A stretch of DNA of 64,000 bases from Porphyridium purpureum. Its lineage: Eukaryota. Where the stretch lies: contig VRMN01000001.1 of the NCBI GenBank assembly GCA_008690995.1, positions 806,001 to 870,000 on the forward strand, in the 5' to 3' direction. Made by a program: the position numbers and the translations under genes. The notes below the pieces were generated by a model. It worked only from the letters and a program-made list of their open reading frames with translations, had not been told where the DNA came from and did not search any database. How positions within the stretch are numbered: the first letter of the stretch is position 1; every line of letters starts with the position of its first letter. Shown here piece after piece: positions 9,464 through 20,871 of the stretch.

Positions 9464-10078
9464 ATGCAAACGGCAACCTTTGTAGCGCTCCTGCATGCTA
9501 GTACGACCCGCTTGGTGTACGAATTTGCCGGCGCTGGCGTCGAAGCGTTGAGCGCGCTGCACGCGGTGAGCGGGTCATCTAGGACCGTGCTGGAGGCAAG
9601 CGATTGGTATTCAAAGGCGTCTTTGGAGCTTGCGGTTGGTCAGAAATCGTTGCAAAGTGGTGCAGCGTCTGTTGAGGTAGTCACAGCACTCGCATGGCAT
9701 GCGTATGAGCGTGCCGTGTTGCTCAGCGGTATAGAAGACGCGCGTGTGGCTTCCGAGGATGAGGGTCCTCCGGTGAAGCCTGTACTCGGCGTGGCGTGCG
9801 TAGGTGCCATTGCCACGGACCGTGTGCGTAGAGGTGCAGACCGCGCGCTCGTGGCCATTGCGTCTGGGCCCACACAGCCCCTAAGATTGCGCTCAATTCA
9901 CTTCCCGCCCTCATTTCGAGGCGACCGTCCGGCGCAGGAGCGAGCCGTGAGCGATCTTGTGATTCTTGCGACATGTTGCGAGGCAGGAGTGGTGCCGGCA
10001 GACGCTGTTTTGTCGCACATGTTTGCTGAGCACGGTGAACTCGAACTGCTTCAGACCGAACAGACAGGTTTTATTTGA
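9464..10078 (+). CDS. CinA/PncC-like fold protein
   Basis: FAGAGVEALSALHAVSGSSRTVLEA, GAASVEVVTALA and GVACVGAIATDR resemble the CinA C-terminal fold. Start taken at the first in-frame ATG past the divergent gene. Confidence 0.6.
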   Translation: MQTATFVALLHASTTRLVYEFAGAGVEALSALHAVSGSSRTVLEASDWYSKASLELAVGQKSLQSGAASVEVVTALAWHAYERAVLLSGIEDARVASEDEGPPVKPVLGVACVGAIATDRVRRGADRALVAIASGPTQPLRLRSIHFPPSFRGDRPAQERAVSDLVILATCCEAGVVPADAVLSHMFAEHGELELLQTEQTGFI

Positions 10079-10742
10079 CTCTGCCGCGAATACGTAGACA
10101 GGCATTTGCGAGTGGTGCAGGGCATGGTTTGGGAAGGTCGGTGATCCCGCGCACGAGAAGAATGGGACAGGGCATCCCGTTTTCGTTGTCTCAGGACCTG
10201 TGCACAGACGTAGCGCATCGCGCGTGGTTGATTTCTCGTCTCGCAGCGTGCGGAGGCGTCGCGGAAAGTGCACAGCTTTGACGGGGATCAGGAGATGCAG
10301 GCTGAGTCGCCATGAACTTATTTGGTATTTCTCAATGTTGAAGGTTCGCTATTCGTGTGCACCTTGGATTTAGGTGACGTATGATCGCCACTCCAGTACT
10401 ACTCAATCTTCGCTGTGTCAAGTCCCATGCGAAAGCATGTGGGACGTCGTCAGTCAAGCCTTTTGCGGCAAGCTGTCTGCCTCTCAAGTGGGAATCGGAC
10501 ATGAAGAGTGTCCCAAGTTCTCATTCTCCGTGAACAGTTCTCTGTGCAAGTTTTGTCCAGCGTTGGGTCCACCCCAGGAAATTGCGACTTGAGTCAGAGC
10601 TTCAAAGTTCCGACAGCAACTACTGGCATTTTTGAGAATAAACCGAGATCCAAGATGTGTCCAACGAGCGCATCGGTCCGCGAGATTCTTTTATCACCGT
10701 AAATTTCTCACTAGAGCGCTGATCGGAACACGCGTCGCGCGC

Positions 10743-11024
10743 TTACTGTCCCAGCGCGGCCGACTTCTTGGTGGCCTGCGTGCCCTCGCGGAAGCCGTTC
10801 TTAAACCTGCGCGCGATGAGCTTGACGTATTGCTGGCGACCGGTTCCGGTAGTCCTTCGCCTCTTCGACTTGGCGCCCCAGTTGTACGTTCGCTTGCGCG
10901 CGGCCGGGAACGCGCAGCTGGCGCACCGGCTCTTTTGGATATGGAACGCGCGGCGTCCGCAACGCACGCACAGCGTGTGCGTCTTGGACGTGCGCTTACC
11001 GAAACTCTGCGTACCTTTCGTCAT
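10743..11024 (-). CDS. RPL37: 60S ribosomal protein L37 (eL37)
   Basis: [11 protein letters not shown]...[22 protein letters not shown]...RRRTTGTGR. Confidence 0.98.
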   Translation of the reverse strand: MTKGTQSFGKRTSKTHTLCVRCGRRAFHIQKSRCASCAFPAARKRTYNWGAKSKRRRTTGTGRQQYVKLIARRFKNGFREGTQATKKSAALGQ

Positions 11025-11442
11025 CTTTCCCTCGTAACACCCACTACCTTCTCCCGCAAGTCCTTCCTTCCCCTCCCCAACTTCACCACCCCTCTACTCC
11101 CTTCTCGCTCGCCGCCAATCAACTAAACCAACCAAATCCGCAACACTAACAAGAGCGCTTGTCTAGAAACATATGTTTTTTGTTTGACTCGGTCTTGTGT
11201 TCTACTAAACCAGCATCGTTTGACTAGGGCCCCCGCACGCGCGGCGCCGTCGATCGGCGTCGACGCGCGTCCCGCATTCCATTGTCATCTCCAGCTCCCT
11301 TTTCAACACTTTGGTGTGGTACAGTTCCTTGCAATGGGTGTTCACTTTACTTCTATGGACATTGGCGGGTTTGAGCGGGAGTGTAGAGGTTGTGCGAGTG
11401 GAGAAGGGGAAGCGATGTGCATGGTGGAGGAGAGAAGACGGG

Positions 11443-12579
11443 ATGGGGGTCATGTTTGTGTTGGCTCCGAGCGTGAGCACGGCAGTAAGCGTGGCAGGGT
11501 TAGTCCCGCTCGCTAGAGCAAAAGATGGGAGATGCGCGCTACTTCCACAGAAGGCGGCGCTCGGGCAGGTGAATGGTCGAGCGTGCGCTCCGGGAAAGTG
11601 CGTTCGCGTGCGGAATGGTCGGAAGACTGCAGTTGCTGCGCAGGCAGGTGCGGGTGCCGAGGTGGACGACGATGCCAAGCTGAGGGAACAGTGGATCTGG
11701 GTGCAAGGGCAAGGTACTGAGCAGGAGCAGATGGACGCTGTTGACGCGTTTGCAAAGCAGCTTGAGCTCGGATCGGTCAATCCGTGGCCGGTCTTTTTGC
11801 ACGGGCTTATATTTGAGCGGTTTAACAAGGTCGATAATGCACTGGAGCGCTTGCAGAAGGCGATTGAGTGGGGATTTGATTTGCCAGACACACGCAATCA
11901 TCTTGCACTCAATCAGCTTCGGAACGGCGATTTTGCGTCAGCGCGAAAGCATTTTGTTGAGGCACAACGCCACCGCGAACGCGCGCTCGGAAATGAAAAC
12001 CACATCTTGCACGAGTACGACAGTAACTTGAGCCAAGTCACTCCGCCGTGGCCAGCGCAGCCGCTTCCATTCCTCCAGGCGCTTGTACAGTATCGCTTCG
12101 GTGACTATGCTTCCGCGCGCCGCGTGTTGCGGCTGGCGCAAATTGCGGGCACGTTTGCAGAATCAGAGCACAGCGCAGAAGCCACATTGCTGCTGCTCGC
12201 CGCAAGCGCCAGGAATGACCGTACATTGGCCGTCGTCGAAAATGAAGAAATGCAGCGTCAGGTCGAATCCTTGGCCCCATCCTTTGCGCTCGTCGCGCAA
12301 ATGTACACGTGCAACTCCAACGAAATCGAGCATGTCTTTGGTTCAATCCAAAGCCAGATTTCTCAAGCGTCAATGGAGCCAGGCGATGCTGCAACATTAG
12401 GTTTTTTGGTCGCGCTTGCTTGCCACGCCATGCCTGAAAAGACCGCCGCGATTTGCGAGAACGCGTTTGAAAGATCTCGACAAGCGTTGCATCGCGCCAA
12501 GTCTTTGAGAATGCAAGACAACGCCGCACTTGACGTTTACGAGCAGGTGCTTTTGTGGATAGAGAGCGGGAAACAATAA
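11443..12579 (+). CDS. TPR-containing protein, probable plastid transit peptide
   Basis: Helical TPR-like segments (ALERLQKAIE, NHLALNQLRNGDFASARKHF). The MGVMFV...Ala/Arg-rich N-terminus looks like a red-algal transit peptide. Confidence 0.65.
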   Translation: MGVMFVLAPSVSTAVSVAGLVPLARAKDGRCALLPQKAALGQVNGRACAPGKCVRVRNGRKTAVAAQAGAGAEVDDDAKLREQWIWVQGQGTEQEQMDAVDAFAKQLELGSVNPWPVFLHGLIFERFNKVDNALERLQKAIEWGFDLPDTRNHLALNQLRNGDFASARKHFVEAQRHRERALGNENHILHEYDSNLSQVTPPWPAQPLPFLQALVQYRFGDYASARRVLRLAQIAGTFAESEHSAEATLLLLAASARNDRTLAVVENEEMQRQVESLAPSFALVAQMYTCNSNEIEHVFGSIQSQISQASMEPGDAATLGFLVALACHAMPEKTAAICENAFERSRQALHRAKSLRMQDNAALDVYEQVLLWIESGKQ

Positions 12580-12673
12580 CGCAAGGAATACGCGGAAACT
12601 TTTTACCCGACATTCTATAAAGACTCTAAATATACACACTCGAGTCCACAATCCTGTGGACTTTTTCATTCTG

Positions 12674-14830
12674 TTAAGCAACCGGAGCGGTGCTGTGACG
12701 CCCTTCACCAAGCGAAGTGCTAGGGCTCAAGACGCCCTGCCCCACGTCCGTGTGCATGGTGACATGCCTCGTCAAGCTGAATTTGCTTCTGAATTCCTTG
12801 CCACATTCTGCGCATCGATGGGGCATGATTTTCTCGTGAGTTTCGCGAATATGGCGAAGCAGGTTGCTGCGGGTCAAGAACGTAACTGTCCCATCGCAGC
12901 GATCGCATTTAAACTCGTGTCGCCGGCTCGCGCCGTGCGAAACACGAATATGCTGCTGTAGATGATCCCGTACTTTGAAGGCGAGGTCACACTGGTTACA
13001 ACCGAACGGCCGCGCCTCGCTGTGGACGGACTGCATGTGTCGTTTGAGATTGAATCTGCTCGTGAAGTTCTTATCGCACATCAGACACCTTAGACTTGCA
13101 AGATCAGCCCCTTCGAACACGGAAATCTCATGAGACCCTGGCTCTGAACCGCTTGTCGTCATCGAGAACGTGTGGCGGTCAGATTCAGCCGCAGCCTCAA
13201 TCCACAGCTCTTCACTCATCGGCTCAGTATCAGCAAAGGACAAGCTTTCCAAGCTGTTCGACGCACGACCTCGGAGTACAAAGGGGTCCTCCTCCAGCTC
13301 CATTTTATGACTCGCCGAGGATTCTGATTCGTCGGACAGCAGCAGCGCCCGGTCTGACATGGGCGAGTTGATAAACTTCCCCGGTGTTTTGGAGTTCGCG
13401 AAAAGCACTCTGAACAAGTCGGCTTCAACATTCTCAACGGGATGTACGTTCGATACCATCATCTTGTACTCCTCCATCCACAGCCGACCTTTCATGCTGA
13501 AGTTTTGCACACGAAACCATGACAGCGATGCCATTTTTTCGTACGCGTTACACGCCCAAGCAGTCTTGCATTGTTCCGGAATCTTGTTGCTGAGCTTCGC
13601 CAGCAAGATAGAAAGCGCGTTCATATTCCACGGCTGCAATTCTTCAATATCGTATGGTAGCTGTTCCCGCTTTGCTATTAGATCTCGAAACTTCCGGTCA
13701 AGCTCTTTCTCGCACGTTTCGTAGAACAAGTTTGAATGTGCTACTCCACCAAGCGCGAGTTCGTTCCTGGGACATGTGCAAACCTGGTCATTGCGAGTTC
13801 GGCACTCGCAACACTCTGACATATTAATCATGCGCGTGCGCCCGAGCATAACACCGCCATCGGGAAGAAATGATGGACGACCCTTGTAAGCAATAAAGTC
13901 GATTACCAGAGGCGTAGCCACGCCCATGAGGCCGTACACGAGCACAGAATGACCCGTGCTAAACTCAATATACTCCAGCTTGCTGCCCCTTCTTGTGTCT
14001 GCTACGAGTCGACCATTGACGCGTTCAAAGTCATGGATACCAAGCTTGGCGAGGAATGGACCCAGACACACTTCGTCGTTCGAGGCAAATGTTTCTGCAC
14101 AAATCCAGCCCCCAAACACCATGGACGGAGTGCACATGGTGACCGCGCTCAAGCCTTCTACAGTTTTCTGCGGCTGCTGGTACGGCGCGAGAACACTTGC
14201 AGGATCAGCTCGCGGGTAGCGAACACTATCTATCCTCGCCGCGTCTGCCGTGTCCAACGGATCCGGAAGGCGCAAGTCACTGGTGCTGTCCAGGCCGATT
14301 TCTTGCAGGATTTCTTGAGACAACGACTGCGAGACAACCAAGTCTGGCCCAGAGTCCTCTTCATCCATGTCAGAAGAGCATTTTCCGTAGGTGAAACCCG
14401 GATCCCGCCTGACTTCTTTTCGATGCGTGTTCGACTTTGTGTCCGGGGCCAGTGGCGTCGCCACGGCGCAATCAGTCTGTACCGGGTTCGCAATGGAAAA
14501 TCCAAAGTGCTTGGCGCGATGCCCAAGCGACGCGCGCAGCTCCGCGACCTGCTGAGCGCTCACGACTGGCACAGAGAGCTCAAGCGCGACCGGCTTCATC
14601 ATTGGTATTCCCTTGGATATGCTTGGCCCCACGAAGACGCCCGGTCCGGTCGAGGTGACACCGTCAAAGAGAAATGCGCGCAGCACGCTAATATCCAGCA
14701 CCATATCCAGAAACTGCTCCATACTCGACGTATCCCGCACCTGCTTTGGCTGCGCATGCTCTGGCTCTTCCTGCATACCGGCGCCTTCCGCCGCCATGTC
14801 TGCCACGTCCACTTCTACCATCCCAACCAT
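12674..14830 (-). CDS. C2H2 zinc-finger protein (four C-terminal fingers)
   Basis: CLMCDKNFTSRFNLKRHMQSVH, CNQCDLAFKVRDHLQQHIRVSH, CDRC...HIRETH, CAECGKEFRSKFSLTRHVTMH. Start uncertain. Confidence 0.85.
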   Translation of the reverse strand: MVGMVEVDVADMAAEGAGMQEEPEHAQPKQVRDTSSMEQFLDMVLDISVLRAFLFDGVTSTGPGVFVGPSISKGIPMMKPVALELSVPVVSAQQVAELRASLGHRAKHFGFSIANPVQTDCAVATPLAPDTKSNTHRKEVRRDPGFTYGKCSSDMDEEDSGPDLVVSQSLSQEILQEIGLDSTSDLRLPDPLDTADAARIDSVRYPRADPASVLAPYQQPQKTVEGLSAVTMCTPSMVFGGWICAETFASNDEVCLGPFLAKLGIHDFERVNGRLVADTRRGSKLEYIEFSTGHSVLVYGLMGVATPLVIDFIAYKGRPSFLPDGGVMLGRTRMINMSECCECRTRNDQVCTCPRNELALGGVAHSNLFYETCEKELDRKFRDLIAKREQLPYDIEELQPWNMNALSILLAKLSNKIPEQCKTAWACNAYEKMASLSWFRVQNFSMKGRLWMEEYKMMVSNVHPVENVEADLFRVLFANSKTPGKFINSPMSDRALLLSDESESSASHKMELEEDPFVLRGRASNSLESLSFADTEPMSEELWIEAAAESDRHTFSMTTSGSEPGSHEISVFEGADLASLRCLMCDKNFTSRFNLKRHMQSVHSEARPFGCNQCDLAFKVRDHLQQHIRVSHGASRRHEFKCDRCDGTVTFLTRSNLLRHIRETHEKIMPHRCAECGKEFRSKFSLTRHVTMHTDVGQGVLSPSTSLGEGRHSTAPVA

Positions 14831-16037
14831 CCACACCGCATCGAACCTCACGCCCTCCACTCTTCTTCCCGCCACACTTTATGCTTCTTCTCACCGCCAC
14901 TGTGGTCTAAGCTCCTCTCCAACTCCACCATAAGCTTCCTTCTCCTCCTCCTCCATCCGCTCGTCTAGTCAACCTGTCACGTCGTTTATATACACACCCA
15001 CCCCTATCATACTCATACTCACTACGTCTATCTATTGCGTCACACACACATCTCCTTATTATCAATGTGCTGTTCTTTACTCTTAACTACAACTACCGGC
15101 TCAGTTCTAGTCAACCACCACCACCAGTACTTCTCCTAGTCGTTCTTGTTCTTCGTATGATTCGGTTCTATTACAAAAGACGACGATGACCCATCAATCA
15201 GATTTTGAGTGTTAAAAACACACCCAGGAAAAATTAAAGGACCGAACAGAAAAAGAAAAGATTGTTGCTCCCGGGGGGCCGACAGATGTGGAGCCGGAGC
15301 AGTCGCTCGAAAAGAAAGAAAGACGCCAAACAAAAAAAAAAAACGCTGTACGCGGCTTTAAAGTTTTTCGTGCGGCGACCTTTTCTGCGCCCATGTTTGT
15401 TAGTAATTTCTGCCGGTCGGATGGTTGTGGTGGGGAGCGTGGAGTGAGCTGTGTATTGTGTAAGCGTCCGGCCATATACACACAGATTCCTCGCGCGAAT
15501 CAACCGAGCGAATGACCCTTGACCCTGAGATAAGGCGTGGTGGATGGATGGTGGTGGTGGTGTGAGTGGGAATGTGAGAACTGGAGCGCGATGATTCATT
15601 CAGTGAGGATCATGCCGTCACGCGCGGCGGGCAGCGGTGGTGCTGGCATCGGTACCGGCGGTGGTGAGCGCGAGAATGTCGGCGGGGGAAATGCAGTGCG
15701 ACTTGCATACTCACAACGACATCACGCGGGTCAACAACGCTCGGCGTACCGTTCGTCCGTGCGGCATCTCGCGCGACACGATGACCACGTGAATGACCCT
15801 CCGGCAGCTCGTTGCTGGCAGCACCAGGCGGTGTGCTTTTGCGGGCGTAGCACGCTGCTGCAAGGAGGAACGCGCGTCGATCGCGCTGAAACGCATTGCT
15901 GTTTTGGAAGGCGGAAACAAGATGCGAAAATTGGCTGAACGGCTTCGTATTCAACGGCTTGTCGAGCTGGCACGGCGCCGTATCTGTACACTCCCCGCTG
16001 AACAAAGTGGAGAAATAGGCGCGCGAGCAATCTTGCT

Positions 16038-19000
16038 TTACTCTGGCACAAAGTCATCTTCGTCCTCGTCACCCTCCACGCTGCTTGCGTCCGACTCACT
16101 ATCCAGAGCAAGCGCATACTTTGTGGGGCGACGTTCGCGTTTGCTACGCTGCACAGGCGTCACCCCGCGCCGTTGAATGGCTTCCAAGACTTTGGCTTCC
16201 TCGTCGCTGCTCAGCTGGTCGTCGTCCAAATCCGCGTCGCTTTCATCACTGGACACCTCAACGCGCTTCTTCAGCTTGGTGCGCTTTGCTTCAGGTGTCT
16301 TGGTTGATGGCGACTCGTGCACCGCGGCGCCGCTGCTGCTCCCCGCCGCGGCGACCGCCCCTCCATTCGCTTTCTTCTTGGTCATGCCAGCAGCGGCGCG
16401 CGACCGTTTCGGCTGCGCCGCCGTCTTCTTGGCAGCACCTGGCCCTTTCTTTGCCTTGGGAATCGGAATCGCCGCGCCCACCGAACTCATGGAGAATAGC
16501 CCATCATCGTCGACCAGATTCACAACGCCGACATGCTTCTCCTGAGCCTGTTGCACTAGACGTTGGGACAGAGACAAACCGGAGGACGGTGCGGCTTCAG
16601 ACACGGCACCGGCTGCTTTCTTCGGCGCAGCTTTCTTCGCATGCTTCTCTGTAATGGCAATGGACATCACATCATCTGCCAGGACACCGTCAATGCCCAT
16701 CTCCAATGCGCTGTCCATGTCCAATTCTGTACCAGAGACGCCTGTCATTTTGGCTCCCACAATCTTGCTGGGTACTGCACGAGACTTGCGCACAGCCGCC
16801 ATGCGCGCAGAGGGAGCCGGAATCGGCTCCAGCGTCGCCAGTTCGCGCTCCAGATCGACCTTTCCAGTCCCCGAAGACTTGCTCGTCCCTGAAGCAGGCT
16901 TCTTCGATTTTCCTCTCGAAGGAGCAGCCTCAGAGGCCTTCTTGGACTCCTCATACTCTCGCTCATCCTGCTCTAGGGCTATCATCAAGGCATCCAAGTC
17001 TGCATTCCACAGATCTTGCGGGGACAGCATGCGCATGGCCTGCGCCTCGGCAATCTTTGCATCACGCTCCTGGATAAGAGCATTCACTCTCTCAAGCGTC
17101 AGCGACCAGAGTTGCATGCCAAGCAGGTAATCGTATGCACCTGCCCCAACATTGCCGTTGCCGTCGCCTTCTTCATCATCTTGCTCATCGTCCGGTGTCT
17201 GCTCGGCGACCGGAGCCCTTCGTGGAGGAAAAGGCTTGAACTTGAGCTTCACCAAATCATCCAAGATGGCTGCCTTGCTCCGCTTGGACACCTTGAGTTT
17301 ACCTTCGGCAACCATGAGGATGAAGCGCGCCTTGTTCTCCAACTTGGCCTGCTCCATTTCGAGCTCGGCCAGAATCGCGGCCTTGCGCTTCTCGTACATG
17401 CTCAGGCGCAGTGAAAAGTGCTCCAATACAATATCATACGTTGAGTCATACTTGCGGATGCGGCCGCTCGGATCAAAGAAAACCATATTGCTTGTCGCAA
17501 CAGACCCAGACAGGCGCAACTTCTTGAACAGATCCTCAGTGTCGGCCGTAGAGCCAGGAGTCACGGTCACTGTGAAATCAACTTGATCCTCTGTGCTCAG
17601 GTCGCGAATGTCTCGAACAAAGGCACTCTTGGCTTGAGTATTGTCCCCGACGCTTGGTGCGCCCACAACATTACTCTCCAGCCATTCCTTGTACGATGAA
17701 GTCCACGACCGAATGGGCAACTCGACGACGCGGAGCGTGTCCGCGTCAACGCGGTAGACGCGGCCATGCACATCAAATGACGTCGAATTTTCGACAGCAT
17801 GCACGCTGCCCTTGAAGCCGCGGTACCAGGGTACTAGGTCAATCCCATAGATCGTTCGCTGAAGTTGAGTTTCGTCAGTGCTCGACGAAACCGCCAGCAG
17901 AGAGCGTATGATTTTGACAAGATCCCGCGGGTTGTAGCAAGGCACAGACGTTGACCAGCCAGTGCCGATCCCATCAGCACCGTTCACCAGAGCGAGCGGA
18001 ATAATTGGACAGTACCATTTCGGCTCAATGCGCATGCCATCTTCGTCGAGGTACTCCAGAATTTGGTCGTCCTTTTCTGGAAACAAAGCACGCGTGACCT
18101 TGGCCAATCGTGTAAAAATGTAACGCGCCGACGCTGCGTCTTTACCTCCTTGCAGCCGGGTTCCGAATTGACCAGACGGCACAAGCAAGTTAATGTTGTT
18201 GGCACCGACAAAGTTCTGCGCAAGCCCGACGATCGTCGACATGAGTGAAGCCTCGCCGTGATGATAAGCCGCATGCTCCGACACATAACCGGCGAGCTGC
18301 GCCACCTTAATTTCAGTCTTGAGTTTTCTCTTGAAGCACGCGAAGAGCACCTTGCGCTGGCTGGGCTTTAGCCCATCGACAACGCTAGGAATGGAGCGCT
18401 CGTTGTCTGCAAGCGAAAAGAGCACCAGTTCCTTATTGATAAAGTTCGAGTAGGTAAGCTCATCCCGTGCGTAGTCAAGAAATGTGTTCGGCTCGGACTC
18501 CGCGAGCCACACCTTGCGGTCTGCGACGCGTTGCTTCGAAAAAGCCAGGTCAATCATTTGATTGCAATTGGAGCCGGCGTGCTTGAAGGTCAGCAGATGT
18601 GTGTCGAGGTCGCCAAAGTATTGCTTCGCTTCCGAACTCGTGGAGGTACCCAAACCCTTGTAGTACTTGATGTTCCAGCGCGACCGCGCGCCCGAGCCCA
18701 TCTCGGCTTCAAACCAAGTCTTGTACTCTGGCATAGTGAAGAAGATTTTCTGGTCCTGCCCCCGAGTGCACTTGACAATCGGGGTAATAAATTCCTGCAG
18801 GAAGCCAGGCACCTCGAGTAAACTTGGCCAAAAGTGCTCCAGGAAATTGATCAGGAGACCTTTGATGTGACTACCATCGTGGTCTTGGTCCGTCATGATC
18901 AAGACATGACCGTACCGCAACTGCTTCACGCTTTCAGCATCATACGTCTTGTTTTGCTGGAGCCCGAGAATCTTTTTCAGGTTCGACAGCTCTGCATTGT

Positions 19001-20477
19001 CCATGATCTGCTTGTGCGTGGCTTCGCGCACGTTCAGAAGCTTGCCGCGAAGCGGGAACACGCCATAGTAATCGCGACCGATGACCGAAAGGCCTGAAAT
19101 CGCGAGCGCTTTGGCAGAGTCACCCTCCGTCAGAATCAAAGTGCACTTGCAGGACTCGCGAGAGCCGGCCTTGTTTGCATCGTCCAGTTTAGGCACGCCA
19201 AGAACCTTGATCTTCTTGCCGCCGTCTGTCTTGGACAGCTCCTTCTCCTGCTTGAACTTTGCAAATGCCAGGATATTTTCGACGACGCCACTCTTGATGA
19301 CCTTCTTCATGAGTTCTTCGGACAACACGCACTTGCTTCCAAAAGAGCTCGGCTTGGACGTCAGTGTCTCCTTGGTTTGTGAGTCAAAGGCCGGGTTCTC
19401 TACCAAGCAATTCACGAAAATGGACAGGTGGCTCTTGATCTGGAACGGCTTTGGCGCTACAGTCTTGCTCTTTTTGGCGATATGTTCGGACAACTTGGCC
19501 ACGATCTGGTCGGCAACGTGCGTCACGTGCGTTCCACCTTTGATGGTCCAGATTGAGTTGACGAAACTAACTTGGTTGAACTGGCCATCAGATGCAGTAA
19601 CCACTACTTCCCAGCGCTCGCCGCAGCGCTCGTGTACAAGCGGAACGTCCGGCTTTTCGTGCATGTACAGGTTCACATAGTCTTTGAACGTACGAATTGG
19701 AATGCGCTCGCCATTGAACCAGACCTTAATGCCCGGATTCGCACCAGCAATGTCGTATACGCGTTTCTTAAACAATGCGAACGTGTCGGTGTCAAGGTGG
19801 GTCGCGCCAAACTTGGCAAGGTCAGGCGAAAACGACAGCCTGGTCCAGTCCTCTTTTTTGGCACCCATGGACTTGACCGTGGGCGGTTCCTTTTGCTGCA
19901 TGTTATCACGGAACACTTGCCTGTACTTGAGCCCGCGCGCCGAGTCGGCCGTCTCGACCACAAACTTGGTCGAGAAAATATTCGCAAGCTTTGCGCCATA
20001 CCCATTGCGCCCGCCCACCACTTTCTTCTCACTGTCATTGTAATTGGAGGACGTGAGCAGCTGTCCAAAAATCATTTCTGGCACGTACACACCTTCCTTC
20101 TTGTGCATCTCGACCGGAATGCCAGATCCATTGTTAAACACGCTGATAAGGTTGTTCTCCGTGTCTATGTCCACTTTGATCGTATCCAGCGACGCGTCAC
20201 GCTGCTTATGATCAGCCGCATTCACCAGAATCTCGTCAAAGATCTTATACAGCCCAGGGACATAATGCACCTCGCGGTACACCATCTTACCTGCCGGCTC
20301 ATCCCAAACCCACATGGTCTGCGCTACGCGCTCCGCAGATCCAATGTACGTATCTGGACGCAGCAGCACGTGCTCCAGCTGCGACACCTTTTTGTACATC
20401 TCTTCCACATTCTGACCGGGCCCGAGCCGCTTGTTCTGATTCGAGTTGCCAGCCTGCGCTGGATGCAGCGCCTCCAT
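16038..20477 (-). CDS. TOP2: DNA topoisomerase II (type IIA)
   Basis: HVLLRPDTYIGS, GGRNGYGAKL, LILTEGDSA, PLRGK, MTDQDHDGSHIKGL, YYKGLGTS, ASARY active-site Tyr. Confidence 0.99.
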   Translation of the reverse strand: MEALHPAQAGNSNQNKRLGPGQNVEEMYKKVSQLEHVLLRPDTYIGSAERVAQTMWVWDEPAGKMVYREVHYVPGLYKIFDEILVNAADHKQRDASLDTIKVDIDTENNLISVFNNGSGIPVEMHKKEGVYVPEMIFGQLLTSSNYNDSEKKVVGGRNGYGAKLANIFSTKFVVETADSARGLKYRQVFRDNMQQKEPPTVKSMGAKKEDWTRLSFSPDLAKFGATHLDTDTFALFKKRVYDIAGANPGIKVWFNGERIPIRTFKDYVNLYMHEKPDVPLVHERCGERWEVVVTASDGQFNQVSFVNSIWTIKGGTHVTHVADQIVAKLSEHIAKKSKTVAPKPFQIKSHLSIFVNCLVENPAFDSQTKETLTSKPSSFGSKCVLSEELMKKVIKSGVVENILAFAKFKQEKELSKTDGGKKIKVLGVPKLDDANKAGSRESCKCTLILTEGDSAKALAISGLSVIGRDYYGVFPLRGKLLNVREATHKQIMDNAELSNLKKILGLQQNKTYDAESVKQLRYGHVLIMTDQDHDGSHIKGLLINFLEHFWPSLLEVPGFLQEFITPIVKCTRGQDQKIFFTMPEYKTWFEAEMGSGARSRWNIKYYKGLGTSTSSEAKQYFGDLDTHLLTFKHAGSNCNQMIDLAFSKQRVADRKVWLAESEPNTFLDYARDELTYSNFINKELVLFSLADNERSIPSVVDGLKPSQRKVLFACFKRKLKTEIKVAQLAGYVSEHAAYHHGEASLMSTIVGLAQNFVGANNINLLVPSGQFGTRLQGGKDAASARYIFTRLAKVTRALFPEKDDQILEYLDEDGMRIEPKWYCPIIPLALVNGADGIGTGWSTSVPCYNPRDLVKIIRSLLAVSSSTDETQLQRTIYGIDLVPWYRGFKGSVHAVENSTSFDVHGRVYRVDADTLRVVELPIRSWTSSYKEWLESNVVGAPSVGDNTQAKSAFVRDIRDLSTEDQVDFTVTVTPGSTADTEDLFKKLRLSGSVATSNMVFFDPSGRIRKYDSTYDIVLEHFSLRLSMYEKRKAAILAELEMEQAKLENKARFILMVAEGKLKVSKRSKAAILDDLVKLKFKPFPPRRAPVAEQTPDDEQDDEEGDGNGNVGAGAYDYLLGMQLWSLTLERVNALIQERDAKIAEAQAMRMLSPQDLWNADLDALMIALEQDEREYEESKKASEAAPSRGKSKKPASGTSKSSGTGKVDLERELATLEPIPAPSARMAAVRKSRAVPSKIVGAKMTGVSGTELDMDSALEMGIDGVLADDVMSIAITEKHAKKAAPKKAAGAVSEAAPSSGLSLSQRLVQQAQEKHVGVVNLVDDDGLFSMSSVGAAIPIPKAKKGPGAAKKTAAQPKRSRAAAGMTKKKANGGAVAAAGSSSGAAVHESPSTKTPEAKRTKLKKRVEVSSDESDADLDDDQLSSDEEAKVLEAIQRRGVTPVQRSKRERRPTKYALALDSESDASSVEGDEDEDDFVPE

Positions 20478-20871
20478 CCTGGGCACCACGCAATCCAATC
20501 TAATCTGTCACACACAGACGCACTTTCTTTCCCGTTCTTGTCCTCTTTGCCTTGCGTCTTCGACAGCCCTTCTTCGCACCTGATTGTGCAACTCCGTACT
20601 CAATAAGAGCCTCCCTGCAAGACTCCTTCGTCCCTTGCTGCATACCTTTCCGAGCTCCACATGGTGCTGTGCTTCTTCTGTGCATGGCCTCCCTCTGCTC
20701 CTTCCCAGCTCCTGCTTTCAAATTTTCGAATTTTCAAATCGCTCCATCGCCTTTTGAAACCCTCAATCTAACCCGATTGGTGTGAACATCAAACCCTCAT
20801 TCTAACTTGGGGGTCTGCGCCACTGAGTGGATCCCTGGAATGCGATTCGGGTGTGAGCGCGCTCATGCGGC

